Positions 11,869 through 24,811 of a DNA stretch of 64,000 bases are shown here, in pieces. A program made the translations under genes and the position numbers. The stretch spans positions 1,426,001 to 1,490,000 of the forward strand of contig CM030334.1 of assembly GCA_017654855.1 (NCBI GenBank). Reading direction: 5' to 3'. This stretch comes from Podospora anserina. Taxonomy: Eukaryota. Each line of letters opens with the position of its first letter. The first letter of the stretch is position 1. The notes below the pieces were generated by a model that was given only the letters and a program-made list of their open reading frames with translations, was not told where the DNA came from and ran no database searches.

Positions 11869-13795
11869 TCACCGTCGTCCCCCATTCCCATTCCCATTCC
11901 CATTCCCATTGCCTCGGTCCCTAGTCCAGTGATCTCTAATCCATGAAGCAATACCACCACCACCACCACCACTACTACTACTACTACTCCCACCATTGCC
12001 ACCGTTGTTATTGTTGTTCGAAGACGACGACCCCTCCCTCTGCTGCTGCTGCTGCTGCTGCTGTTGATCCCGTCCAGCAGACGTAAAGCTCGAAAAGTAA
12101 CTCCGTCTGTTACTCTCCCCCGGAGTGCCGCTCCCGCTGTTATTCCCACCCCAGTTCTCATCCCTCGGCCTCGACGGACTCCTCTGCCTAGATGACCTAG
12201 GCTCGGCAGTATCATCCTCAGGCCAGGCCCCGGGCGGGGAAGCCGAGCTACGGCGCTGACCACCACCACCTCCAGCCATACGTTCAAGTCGTTCCTGGTT
12301 CTCCTGCGGCGTCCTAACCCGCGAGGTGTAGCTGCTAAACAACGTCGGAATTTGATAGCCAGTCGAAGAACCCGACACTCCTTCTTCCACTGGTCTGGGA
12401 GCAGTGACTCGTGGAGAAAAGGTCGCAAACACTCGCGCGCCCTCGTTCGAAGATTGCCGAGGCTGTTGCGCATGTGATGACGAAGAAGCCGCCTGATCGG
12501 CACCAGGTGACCGCTGACCGCTGCTGCTGTTGTCACCAGCGTTGTTCTCTTCTCGGTTCTCAATCGGCTTTCGGCAGATAGGGCAGGTATTGTGCTCTTT
12601 GAGCCAGAGGACGACACACTCGCCGTGGTACCAGTGGCTACACGGCAACACCGTCACCTCGTCGCCCATCTTGAATTCGTCGATGCAAATCGTGCACTCG
12701 GCTTTGCCCTCCGGCCCAAGCAGCTCGGCATCGACTTTCTTCCTCTCCAAACTCGCAATCGCAGTCTCGGAAGCCGGCGGGGCAGCGTTCGTCTGAGGAG
12801 AATTCTCCATGAGCTGTGTGATGATTCTATCGAGCGCTTCCTGGGTGAACACAGCATCGCCATGAACCGCCGCGGCTGGGTTCATGATAGTCGAAAGCAA
12901 CTGCTGCAGCCCAAACACACCACCACCCATCGGAGGGGGCCCAGCTGCTCTATTTCCGGGCTGACCTTGCTCCTGAGGGCCGCCCACATCAGGAACGCCC
13001 ATAACGTGAGCCAACATCCTGTTGAGTGGATCACCGTCAGCAAAATTGCCCCCTGTTACAAACGTCACGGTGCGATGTGGTCCAGAATGATGATGACGAT
13101 GATAGGGATGGCGAGGGTGGGATCTAGCATACGGTCCAAAGAGAGGCAGAATGGGAGGCGGCTGGTCTGGCCTCACTCCTGGTCCCGAGACAAATGTAAA
13201 TGTCGCCGAGTGAACGTGTCTTCCCGGCTGTGGTGGTGATGGGGCGGCGCCGGCGCCGGGATTGTTGTTAGCACCCTGGCTCTCGCGAACGTGTCTACCG
13301 CCGCCCAGATCGTGCATAATAAGCTCGAAGAAACGGTTAAACACCTCATCGCCAGGTCGATTGTTATCCCCATCTGGCGCACCAGGTGACGGCGGGAACA
13401 AACCTCGTCCGAACGGGCTTCTAGCAGGGCCGCCGGGGAGATGATTCTCTATATCGTCTTCTTCGGGGTCCGAGTCCTCGCCAGCAGCATTGCGGCGAAA
13501 ATAAGAGCCGGAGCCACCACCACCGAGGCCAAGGCCACCAGCTTCGATACGAGGGTCGCTCTCTCCTGGCTCGACCTATGTCAAAAATGTCAGCTTCGAT
13601 CGATCGAACAAAACCACTATCAGGGCGACTCACAATCTCTACAATCTCACTATGACATCTCGGGCACTCGGGCTCCAGTCTCGGCGGCTGCTCGTCACTA
13701 TACCACTCGTGCGCGCAGGAATGACAATACACCACCTCTCTGCCGGCGTTGGCATCCAGGTGGCGTCGGGGCGGTCCCATTCCGAATGACGCCAT
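11869..13795 (-). CDS. RING-H2 E3 ubiquitin ligase (RNF126/115-like, N-terminal Zn ribbon)
   Basis: N-terminal YCHSC...CPRC; intron ~13577-13633; RING-H2 CTIC..LPCSHWYHGEC..WLKEHNTCPIC; start may be 13840. Confidence 0.88.
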
Positions 13796-15273
13796 GGCTG
13801 GCCGTTGAAACGGCGGGGGGGGGCGTGACTGCGACTGCAACTGGTGCTGGGTTCGTTGTAGAGCAGCGACAACGTCAGTGAGCCCTCTGATGATCTCGCC
13901 CGCGGTTATACGACGAGGTGGCGGAGGAGGAGGACGTCGGGAAGCCAGCTTGTCGGCTGCTGTGCTGTCTCGGGAAGTTTGTTAAAAGAGAAATAAAAAG
14001 GCGACCGCGTTCCTTGCAAACGGTCGCTCTTCTGCGGAAGCAGAAAGACAACCGGCGAAGGCGAGAACCTTGATGTTAGGTATGGGGGACCCGGGAAGTG
14101 GGGCGTCAACGGCGGAAGGAAATGGAAGCTCAAGCAATGATGCAACTGCCGTCAGCTCCCCGATTAGCTTGCTTCCTGGGCGCTCGGTCGGCCGATGGAA
14201 TCACCGAGTTGCCCTTGTTGCTGCAAGACTGCTTTGTGTGTGGTTTATAGGGGCCTTCTTGGAGCTTTTAGGTTTCGATCTCCTTGCTCTTCTGATGTCG
14301 TTGATGTTAAAAGTGGAGGTAGAGCGATTGTAGGTGTAAAGGTCGAGGTGGGTAGTAGGGTAGACAGGGGTCTAAAATAGGTTCCAGGTCGTAATCAGCT
14401 CGATAATGTATGATGATGACTGAGAAGCTCTTCCAGGTACCAACGGGTATCAAATGACCCCATATCATCCTTAGCGCGAACCGACTTGAAATAGGTAGGT
14501 AGCTTGGGCAGCAGCAACTTGTCCTGATTGCCACAGATTATGAACAGTCAGGTCGTGGCAAGGGGAGACGTAAGATGAAAAGGCGAGAAGATTGATGAAA
14601 AGACAAGAGCCACAGGTTCCAAGTTATAAGGGTATTTTCTCATATCGATAACTGGAGCCCGATGCTTGCTGTTCAGAGGGGCTACCTACTTCAAGGTGAC
14701 ATACATTGCATTTCATCCCAGCGACAGGTCGGATATGCCCAATGGCTGGCGCAAAACGAGGGGAATAATCTGTCCCAGCGAATCGCTCTATTGCTACTCT
14801 GAGTACTGCCAAACCCAATGTACAGTGACTATTCTACCTTGATGTGCTGCAAAGTAACTGAGGGGTAAGTAAGGCTGGCTGGGAAGTGCCGAAACCCAGC
14901 GTGTTCCGATGTCTCTCTCTAGGTTGTTCCTGCAGCCAGATCGTCACTTCAATATGCCCAACTCGTCCTCTTTGAAGCATTGAAAATGTCGGGTGTTCGG
15001 CAAACACAGTTTCAGCCTCAGGATATCCCCTATTTTGCACATATGCTGCCCCCAACCCCAGGCTCAACCCCAGCCACACCTCAGGCAGAAAGAATCAAAG
15101 GCTCCCATTTGAACAGTGGCATCGCTTTGTCACGCTCATTACCCGGTAGTACCTATCAGAGAACCCCAGGTAAACCCGTATCCCAAATTACACAAGCTCG
15201 TCGTCTCAAGAATACAAATACAGGTGTGTCTCCGCCCTTGCTGTCGTTATCGTTTCAAAGTCATAGTCATAGG

Positions 15274-15921
15274 TTATCTCTTCCTCCCCAGGTTTCTGAG
15301 CAGCACACCTCCAATAATACCCGCGGCAACTGCCACCCCGCTCACGATGGCCACGCCCATCAACCCTTCCTTGGCCACCTTGTCGTCGATCAACGTGCGC
15401 AAATTCGAAGCTTGAAGGTTGGCAGGTTCCTTTTCGATAAGGAGGTCGTTGTATCTTCGCGCCTCGCCGTAGTTGCCGAGCTTGTAGTTTCCGAGAGCGA
15501 GATAGTAGAGGCACTCGCGACGGCGTTCTGGGGACGTTCGGAAGATTTCTGAGAGGAGCATCACGCCGAGGTGTTGCTCAGAGCGTACGTTCGACTTGAC
15601 AAGGCCCTGTTTACTGTATTAGAACACCATTTAGTTTTCTCGTGAGCCGAGATGCGCACCCAGGCATAGTTGAACTTTGTTTGCACTCCCACCATCTCGC
15701 CCTCCTTCTCATACTGTGCCCTGAGCACTCCGAGCTCTGATGGGCTCAGAGGGCTGTTTTCCTATAGTCAATATCTGTTTTCAAGCACTTCATGTTCTCG
15801 TACAAGCTTACGTTTCGGCATCGATAGCATCTGGAAGCATGGCTGTTAGCTACCTCAGCTATCCACTGCGGCGTCAGGTCACTCTCGGCCCATAAGAAAA
15901 CCTACATGGTAATTGTGTCAT
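15274..15921 (-). CDS. FIS1: Mitochondrial fission protein Fis1, multi-exon
   Basis: Exons join to [48 protein letters not shown]...[19 protein letters not shown]..; C-terminal tail anchor. Confidence 0.95.
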
Positions 15922-16525
15922 GGTGGGCAAAACTCTGCCCAAAGAATAGCTTCCGAGTCAGTCTGTTTCTGGCAGGGTCGGACAGGATTGAGAAGAAGGT
16001 TGTTGAATGCGGCCGGTTTCTACCTTTCAAAAAGCCTTGTTCTTGTTCTGCTCTGTTCTGCGCTTTGGCTGCAGGCGGCGGCTGAAGCTCGGACCCTTTC
16101 CTTGGTGTGTGCCCACACGGGTGCCCAAGTGATCGATGACGAAGCACCTTGCCGCTTGCCGTTAGTAGGACAACGGAGACGCGATAAGCTGATAAGAGCA
16201 ACCCCACGTTTTAGTACCTTGTCACTGTGGTGATGCCAAGACGTTAGAACAACAATTGCTTTCCAGCGGCAGCTTTGCGACGCGACAGCGCATTAAATTC
16301 AATCCCTTTTTTTTCACATCAACCAACCCACACACACGACCATCGCCTGCAACCACGCACACAAGTACAATCGTAACTACAATCACAACACTCAAAAAAC
16401 ATCATACAGGCAGCACAAACCCTCAAGTCTCGTCTGGCCATAATACTCAACAAACACCACCACTCCTGTTCAATCCAACCCTACATCACCCCCCCTCCAC
16501 TGCCCCCTTCAAAAAGCAGCCCAAA

Positions 16526-17158
16526 ATGCTCCTAGAAGAAGACCCCTCCCTCCTAATCCGCCACACAATCACAAACTTCAACACCGCCCCCGACCGCCTC
16601 GCCATCTCCCGCATCTCCGAATCCCTCTCCACCCTCGCCCAAGCCCGCGACCTCCGCATCCGCGAAGCCGAATCCTCCCTCAAAAAACTCTCCCGCCAGC
16701 TCTCCACCCTCTCCAACCAGCACCGCGAGCTAACCTCCACCCACTCCTCCGCCGCCCACGCCTCCGAGATCTCCCGCCTCGACACCCAAAAGTTCCGCAT
16801 CGCAAAGTCGGCTTCAGACCTCGAAATGGAAACGGAGCGGCTGCAGGGCCAGCTGGACGAGTTGAACGCCAGGCTCCAAGAGCTGGAGATGCAGGGTGTT
16901 GATGGCGGGGATGGGGTTGAAGGAGTAAGAGGTGGGGACGGCGGGGTGGAGGATGAGGTGCTGCTGAGGCTAAAGGTGTATAGGAGTTTGGGGATGGAGT
17001 TGGAGAAGAGTGATGATGGGAGTGGGAAGAAGGATGGGGGGGGAGAGTTTAACAGGGTCGTGTTGAGGAATGATAAGAGGGGTGATGTTCATGTTGTCAA
17101 GATTGATGGGGGGTTTTCGAGGTTTTTCTATGCGAATTACTTTTGGCAGAATCTTTGA
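16526..17158 (+). CDS. SPC24: Ndc80-complex kinetochore subunit Spc24
   Basis: MLLEEDP..coiled coil..[28 protein letters not shown]. Confidence 0.9.
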   Translation: MLLEEDPSLLIRHTITNFNTAPDRLAISRISESLSTLAQARDLRIREAESSLKKLSRQLSTLSNQHRELTSTHSSAAHASEISRLDTQKFRIAKSASDLEMETERLQGQLDELNARLQELEMQGVDGGDGVEGVRGGDGGVEDEVLLRLKVYRSLGMELEKSDDGSGKKDGGGEFNRVVLRNDKRGDVHVVKIDGGFSRFFYANYFWQNL

Positions 17159-17434
17159 TGGGATGTTGTTGGAATACGTGGAAAAGGAAAAGGCGTTTAG
17201 GGTTTGATACCACGGGCATGGCATGTACACGATTTCGTCTCAAAAGAAGAAGAAAAGATTGTACAATTACTGTTCAATCAATCCGAGCAGAGATGCCGCT
17301 TTTCATCATCGTTATTTACCCTCAGATTCCTCTGCCTTGTTCTAATTCCTCGCTATGATTGCCCAGGATCATACCCAAATACGCCGGAAACGCTCAAGTT
17401 TGTACACAGAATACCTACAGTACACCTTTCTCGC

Positions 17435-18406
17435 TCAGGCAGCCGGAGTCTTTCTCACCGACCTCGGACTCAGCAAGTCATGGCTAATCCTCGACTCCAT
17501 CTCCAGCGTCGTGAACGCCGGTGGGGGGATTGGAAACGTCTGGTTCAGCCTCACCGTCGAAGCATTCGGCGTCGGCCCCGCAGTCCTTGCCCCAAACCCA
17601 CCTGTTGAAGCGAGCCAGTCATGGTTGATATCGTTCATTATCGTCCCCCTCCTCGATCCGCTTCTCGGGGTAAGATAGGACCCGCTAGGGCTAGGCATCG
17701 GCCCTGCACTATGCGAACGGGAATGGCCGCGGGTGAAGGGAGCTCGTCCTTCATGTGCGAGTTCAAGGCGAGAGTTGATGCTGGTCCAGTCCGAGTCGCT
17801 GCCGTTGTTGTCGAGCCTCCACCCGCCAATGCCTTCATAGTCACGGTCCAAGCCGACAGATGGGGTGAGGACTGCATCGGCAAAGGTAGCCGGGGGGAGG
17901 CTTGCGTCGGCAAAGGTGGCTGGGGTGATGGTGGTGATGTCGTTGAGAACTTGGTTTTCATGGATGGGAGTGATCGTCCCCGGTGAGGAAATAGATACCT
18001 GGCTGGAGGAGCGCCTGGAGTGTTTCCTGAAACCGTAGCTGGATTTTCGGCGGGGGGAGATGTACCCTGAGTTGGGGTGACCGGTTGTTTGAGGGAAGGG
18101 AGAAGGGGGGCTGTGGCTGGAAGAGCTGGAACGGGCGCTGGAAAGTGGTGATGCCGGCGTCCTCCAGCCGTCACCGCGGGAATAGCGGCGTTGACTGTCT
18201 GCCGAGGATAAGGAGGACTTGCTCTTGCCGCGCAGGAAGTACTGTGGCACGAAAGCGAGGGCGATATCGAGGTAGACGATGGCCGCCCTGAACATCAATA
18301 CTGAAAAGGCGAGGGCGGAGGTCACGCCTGCGAATATGGCCAGTGGGAGGGTGAACATGAATAGGAAGGGGACCACAAGGCCATGTACGGGGTTGATGAG
18401 AGCCAT
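17435..18406 (-). CDS. Conserved fungal hypothetical protein with N-terminal hydrophobic segment
   Basis: ATG 18406; PLAIFAGVTSALAFSVLMFR hydrophobic stretch; DRDYEGIGGWRL..W..INSRLEL motif; Ser-rich. Confidence 0.72.
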   Translation of the reverse strand: MALINPVHGLVVPFLFMFTLPLAIFAGVTSALAFSVLMFRAAIVYLDIALAFVPQYFLRGKSKSSLSSADSQRRYSRGDGWRTPASPLSSARSSSSSHSPPSPFPQTTGHPNSGYISPRRKSSYGFRKHSRRSSSQVSISSPGTITPIHENQVLNDITTITPATFADASLPPATFADAVLTPSVGLDRDYEGIGGWRLDNNGSDSDWTSINSRLELAHEGRAPFTRGHSRSHSAGPMPSPSGSYLTPRSGSRRGTIMNDINHDWLASTGGFGARTAGPTPNASTVRLNQTFPIPPPAFTTLEMESRISHDLLSPRSVRKTPAA

Positions 18407-19357
18407 CTTGTTCAATTGATGACTCCTATGGGCTTGGAGTGAAACGAGAGAAACTCCAGAACTCGAGCTGGACGAGAGAAGGAGGGCCGACAATTGGTTA
18501 TTATGGGCGATGCATGGCGCGATAGGGGAGCGGCATGTTATCTCGCTCCAAACACGCAACTTGTTAAGGTTAGGGGGAAAAAAGTCGAATGCAGGTGCTA
18601 GATAAGGGCAGACAAAGAATAATACGACCGGACGGCGACCGACGGCTCAAGTTGCCCCTTGACCTCCGCTGCGAAGCAGCTCAGACGCTGTCTCCCGTCT
18701 CCGGGCATGTGAAGGCCAAGCCGTGGGAAGCTTGGAGGGGCATTCCCAGGAATCCCTGGCGCAGCTCATGGGAAGACAGGGGTTTGGCGGGGTCCGTCTT
18801 GGCATCGTATGTGTTCCACTTGCAAAACTCGGACGCTTTGAAGAAAATCATTCAGCGGAACGTGCCGAGGGAGAAAGAGTTTGGGGAGAGATCTTCCAGT
18901 CTAAAGCGTTGGGCCCTGTTTTGATATTATTAGCATCACGATTAGGTTTGGCTATCTCTTGACAGCCGAGGGGCTTGTCTAGGAAGGTATATCAAAGATG
19001 TCGGTAAGGTGTGGGACTTGATGTTTCAAAGTACCTTTAAGTTCAACATCAGAACTCCAGGGGATGCCACAAAATCAAGAAAAAACTCCTCACTGACACA
19101 AGTTCCTTCCAGCTCCATAAACGAAGGGAATGGAATCAAAAAAGACGGCAAACGGCTCACAGCAGCAGCCTTGACTCGCGTCCATGAAGCGCTCAGCCCT
19201 AGCGGCTGATGCCAAGACCCTGAGGGTTATAAGTGGGGGAAGCTGGTCAAGATCAATTCCACCCTTGACATCATCACGACCCGAGTCCAACTGACAGCTT
19301 GAACCCAAGAGGATTGAAACGACCCCGGACATCAGTCATCCAACATCGGCAGACACA

Positions 19358-20650
19358 ATGTGTGGTCCAAGCGAAGGCCAATCCCGCAGCCATGAGAGGA
19401 GGAGTGGCACAGACGACGACGGCGACTTTCCCTGGGACTTGGGGGTGTGCGATGCCCATTGTCACCCAACCGACACCATGACCTCCATTGAGAGTATCAG
19501 CAGCATGCGCGCACGTGTCTTGACAGCCATGTCCACTCGCTCGCAAGATCAAGACCTCGTGGCATCGGTTGCCGCCGAGCATGGCATCAGAGACCGCTCC
19601 GCGCTAGCGTCAGACTGTCAAGAGGCGCCACGCAAGATCGTGCCGGCCTTTGGCTGGCACCCATGGTTCTCATACCAGCTGTTCGATGACACGGCGGGGA
19701 ATGGCGGCAACAGAACCTATGACCCGTCGAGCTCATCGTTGGCCGAGCAAAAAGCCAAGCACTACGAGGCCGTGTTGTCTTCCTCCCCAGATGCCGAGTT
19801 CGTCGCTTCTCTCCCGGACCCAAAACCTTTGAGCGGCTTCTTGGCCGAAACGAGGCAGCGGTTGGAGGAGAACCCGCTGGCTCTGATCGGTGAGGTGGGT
19901 TTGGATAAAGCCTTCCGTTTGCCGTCTGCTTGGAAGGAGGATGAGCAACAGGAACGGGACGAGGGGCTTACTCCGGGCGGGAGAGAAGGCCGCCTCCTGA
20001 GCCCATACCACGTCAAGATGCCACACCAGACCCATATTCTCACAGCTCAACTGCGACTTGCTGGCGAGTTGGGTCGTGCTGCTAGCGTTCATGGAGTCCA
20101 GGCTCACGGAGTTCTCTTCGACGCCATCTCGGCACTTTGGAAAAGTCATGAGAAAGAGGTCGTGTCTCGTCGGAAACAGAAAATGGTGGCCAAGGGCGCC
20201 GAGGACTTTTCATCGTCGAGCGAAGAAGAGGAGGACGAAGACGACATTTGGGCAGAGATCAATGGTCAAGCGCCAGCCGCCAAGCCGAGGCAGAAAAAGT
20301 ACAAACCGAAGCCGTTCCCTCCGCGGATATGTTTGCATTCTTTCAGCGGGTCGGTCCAAGTGATGAAACAATATCTTCATCCGGCGGTGCCCGCGACAAT
20401 GTACTTTTCGTTTTCGACTGTCATCAATCTTGCCACGGCAGGCGGCAAGGACAAGTTTCCTGAGCTGGTCAAGACCTGCCCCGATGACAGGATTCTCATC
20501 GAAAGCGACTTGCACACGGCTGGTGAGGATATGGACTACTACCTCGAGGACATTTGCAGAAAGATCTGTGAGATCAAAAAGTGGACGCTGCAGGAGGGCG
20601 TCGAGAAGCTGAGGAAGAACTATGAAGAGTTCATCTTTGGCCCGGCCTGA
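19358..20650 (+). CDS. TatD-family metallo-hydrolase (Cut9-interacting Scn1-like)
   Basis: DAHCH, FGWHPW, IGEVGLD, SVH, CLHSFSGS and ILIESD motifs. Confidence 0.88.
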   Translation: MCGPSEGQSRSHERRSGTDDDGDFPWDLGVCDAHCHPTDTMTSIESISSMRARVLTAMSTRSQDQDLVASVAAEHGIRDRSALASDCQEAPRKIVPAFGWHPWFSYQLFDDTAGNGGNRTYDPSSSSLAEQKAKHYEAVLSSSPDAEFVASLPDPKPLSGFLAETRQRLEENPLALIGEVGLDKAFRLPSAWKEDEQQERDEGLTPGGREGRLLSPYHVKMPHQTHILTAQLRLAGELGRAASVHGVQAHGVLFDAISALWKSHEKEVVSRRKQKMVAKGAEDFSSSSEEEEDEDDIWAEINGQAPAAKPRQKKYKPKPFPPRICLHSFSGSVQVMKQYLHPAVPATMYFSFSTVINLATAGGKDKFPELVKTCPDDRILIESDLHTAGEDMDYYLEDICRKICEIKKWTLQEGVEKLRKNYEEFIFGPA

Positions 20651-21910
20651 GCGGTCGTTGTTGTTACTACCTCCTGTAACAACTTCAGATGTTGATATTC
20701 AGAATCATTTCTTCTAGGATCATAGCGGCACAGCGACATATAACGTCACACTATAAAATTGCAGTTGATTCATAGCCCGTCAGTTGCTCGTATCCAGGAT
20801 GATGGATTATCCCCCCCATGGTTCTGATTACGTGATCATACAGGTTGAACCCCCAACCTCGGTGCCGTGATGCCGAGCTCCTGCTCTCGGTCGACTGGCC
20901 CGACGACAAAATCCCATGAATTGTTGGAGGTCTTACAACATCCGCACAGATGACCAAGAGTGTCGGGTGAGGGCAATGGCTTGAGGTATATAGCTCAACC
21001 AAGTTTTATATCTCGCAGTAGTTTGGTCAACACCTGGGCAACTGCCGTCGCTTGGTTTAGAGGACCGCCTCTTTGGGGTTGCCGTTGCATCGGTGGCGTT
21101 TGACATCATGACCATCAAAGACCAAGGCGATATACACAGATACGGTACCATCTCGTCGTCACCAAGAACAATAAGATCTAGAGACTCTACGGAGTACGGT
21201 ATAGCGGAATAAATAAATAGGTAGCGGAATGCTGAAGAGGAAAAAGCTGCTTACTAACTCCCCTCCGATGAAAGGAAATGCCCTCGGTCCAAGGCCCCGC
21301 TGACAGCAACCAACTTCAAGTCACTAACGGCTTCCTTCATGCACTCCCGTCGCGGCCGGCCCCCTCGATTTTGGCAGGTTTGGCGGGGAAGTGGACATCG
21401 GAGCCGTCCTTATTTCCCCATCAATTCGCCCTCCAATTCTTCCCATCCCCAAATCCCCTGCCTTCTCGTTTCCTCATTATTTCCAGCGCTGCCCAGACGC
21501 TTGTGCCTCCCCATCAACGGCTGTTTTGGCACCTTTCTAAGCTGTTAGTGCCCGCGCGCATCCGCATGCTGCAGCTAGCAGCTTCTTATTCCCGGTAGCG
21601 GTCACTGAAACAGACAGGACAGGACCGACGGACGCGCCTCTTTCCCACTCCCGTCCACGGGTCACCCAAGTTTTTTTTTTTTTCAGAGCAGAGCAGAGAC
21701 ACAGACGGGGTCCCCAGGCTATCCCCGGGAATTCCTCACCCACAGTGCCACAGTTCCCACCGGTTTCCCCGCGTGTTCCGGATTTCCCACATCCGCAGAG
21801 GCGTTTCTGGGGAAGGGAGCCACTGACGGTTTCTCGGCGCGGTCTGGGCGGAGCTCACCAGTCAAGCAACTCCTTGCCTGTCAATTGCCTTGGCATTGAA
21901 TTTTGTATCA

Positions 21911-24447
21911 ATGGATCATGATGCTGCCTCGAGACTGAGGCGGCCACGGCAGCCACCACAGACACAGCAGCAGTCACTTGTTTGGCAGGCTGGTGTCTCC
22001 GAGTTATCTCTAACGCCAAGCCCGGCAGAGTCCGGTACCATCTACGCCTCGTCCACCGGCGTCCACAACGGCAACGGTAATAGCAACGGGGCCGGCACCA
22101 GTTATCGCCGTAGAAGGAGATCTACTCTGGTCGATGCCGAGGACTCCATAGCTGTTCGCGGTGATGGATACAGCAACGGAGCCGGGGACGTCAAGCATGC
22201 ACGCAGTGCCTCTGCCGAGGACGATGATAGTGACGGCGCCTCTCCTACTACTGCTGAACACCAGAGGAAGAAGCAGAAACGAAACAAGCCCACGTTGTCC
22301 TGTTTCGAATGCGTAGGGAGAAAGACAAAGGTAGGGAAATTTTAATTGGGCTGCATATCAAGAAGAGTCGATCTCGGCCTCGCCATGGGGGGGGGGGCGG
22401 GCGGTCTTACACAGACAGGTCTTGGCACATATCACCAGATTCTCGGATATGAACCGAGCCCATTCTTGCTGTTGTTCCCGGGCTAACAATTACTGCCAGT
22501 GTGACAGGGGGAGACCGCATTGCCTTGCATGTAAGTCTGCCTGTCGACTTGCCCACAGACTTGCCGTCTGATCTCGACCCCCAGGCTAACGCTCCGCATA
22601 GGTATCAAACGTCAGACCAAGTGTGAATATGCCCACGTTGCCAATGTACTCGAGTGAGTCGTCCCCTTTGCTTGTTGATACGTACCTTGCCTGTCGTGCT
22701 CATGCTCTGCATAGGGAAACGACCAGAAGTGCGGCCAACGAGCGCCGGATGACGAAGGGTCCCAAAAAGAAGGGAGACGCGCTTAAACCCACGATCCCAA
22801 ACGCTGCTGATAGGGGCTTCAACGTGAATCGACTAAAGGCGCTGGGATCGGTTTCAACTTCGACAGGCCTGCTTTCGAACGTTCCCTACTCGGCTCCTGG
22901 CTCGTCCAATGTATTTGGCATTGGATCTGAGCACCCGTTTGCTAATTACTGGACTTGCGACGGGGGCTTGCCCGAGGTTATCTCTGTCTTGCCGGAGAAA
23001 GTGCAGTCGGATATTCTCCTGACGCGGTATTTTGAGTGTGTCGACCCGGTGTATCCGATGCTGCATAGGCAGACGTTTTATGCCGACTATGAGGTATGGA
23101 CTCGAGTGTGTCCTTTTTGCCTAGTTGTTTACTGACAGGAGTACTAAGCATTTCTGGTCGTTGAGCCGGCCTGAGAAGGACCAAGCCGACGGAGCGTTTG
23201 TGGCGCTCATTTTCGTCATGCTCGCCTTGGGCACTCAGTTTGTGACGTCGACTTCGCCCAGGGAAAGGAAGCAGACGGCCGAGTTCTACGCTTCGGCGAG
23301 TAATCAAGCCTTGCGTGTGAGCTCGTATCTTAGCATAGCGAGCATTCGATCGATCCAGGCCATGGTGTTGATCACATACTTTCTCATCAACGACAACCAC
23401 GCTTCTGATGGGTGGGCGTTCGGGGGGATTCTTATGAGGCAGGCGTATGCGATGGGATTGCATCGAGATCCAAATATTGGTATTTCTTCTGCTCCCTCCA
23501 CCGTGTATAAACATTTGGTTTCTAACCCACTCATCCAGTCGTCCCTGACGCCTCCCCTTTTGAAAAACAACAACGCCGCAAGGTCTGGCAGGCTGTGCTT
23601 CTTCAAGACACCTTCCTGACGGTCTTGCTATCGCTCCCGCCAAGCGCGACCCACACCGACGTCAGCGTCGACGACCTCAAGCAGGACGACGCCTCCATCG
23701 CCACCGACGACCCGACCGACACGGACTATATCAAGTCCAGCTGGACGCTCGCCAACCTGGTCCAGGAAACCATCTGCTCGCCTCGGTCCCTGGACGTGCC
23801 CATCTGCACCACCGTCCGCCAAAAGTCTAAGCTGGTGCAAGACTTTAGGACCGTCTACCGCACCTTTCCAACTGTGTTTCGCTATTGGGACCCGCAGGTC
23901 CTGACGGAGATGGCGCAGAGCAACAAGCGGGTGGTGAGGCAGACGCTGTTCCTGTGCAGCAATTACTTTCACAACTTGATGCTGGTGCATGCGTCGGAGA
24001 GCGCAGATGTGCCTGTTAACGTTAGGGGGACGTTGGAGGCGGCTCACGATGCGATTACGGCTTTCTTTATCTTGTTTCAGCTTTTTGAGGCTGAGGCGAG
24101 GGTGTGGTGGGTTTTCAACCACAGGGCGTTTTTGGAGGCGCTTTGTATTGGGAATGTGCTGAGGGAGGTGGCGAGGGGGGAGGAGGGGGGGAGTATGGGG
24201 GAGGATCCTTTGTTTATAAGGGCTAGGAGCGATATTGGTGAGTTTTTTATTCTCTGGGCGTGGGGAGAACAGGATGCTAACAGTGATTATGACAGCGAGG
24301 ATGATTGAGATTATGGAGATTATGAGCCAGGGGGAGCAGGCTAGTGAAACGGCTAGGACGAGGGTGCAGGTTTTGAGCGAGTTGTTGTTGCCAGGGGGTA
24401 GAGGAGGGGAGGGTGATGGGGTGTATACGATTGGTATGGGGGTGTAG
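21911..24447 (+). CDS. Zn(II)2Cys6 transcription factor with fungal-specific TF domain, multi-exon
   Basis: Zn cluster split over exons: SCFECVGRKTK/CDRGRPHCLA/CIKRQTKCEY; YFECVDPVYPMLH; RQAYAMGLHRDP; several GT-AG introns. Confidence 0.9.
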
Positions 24448-24811
24448 GTCACCAGAGTATTTGAGTGGTAGTTTCTTTGGATGTTTTGGAGGGAAAAGGT
24501 ATGGTTTCAAAGGTACCTAGGTATATATATGGCATAGTACACGGAACATGTGTGGTAGCGAATGGATGGCAATGATAATCATGGGACAATCACACTGGTC
24601 TGTCTCGTAGCGAATAGCTACGAGTACCACCATCTTCCATGATATACATACCCAGCAAGCAATGGCCCGACCTGAAAACGCAGGTCATTCTTTGGAATTC
24701 TCGAACCATACCGTCTTCCAACCGAAACAACACCCCATTCAAACCCCCTCGCCAGGTATCTATAACAATTCCACCCCCCCCCTACATGAAGAACAACCAC
24801 CCATCTCCCCC

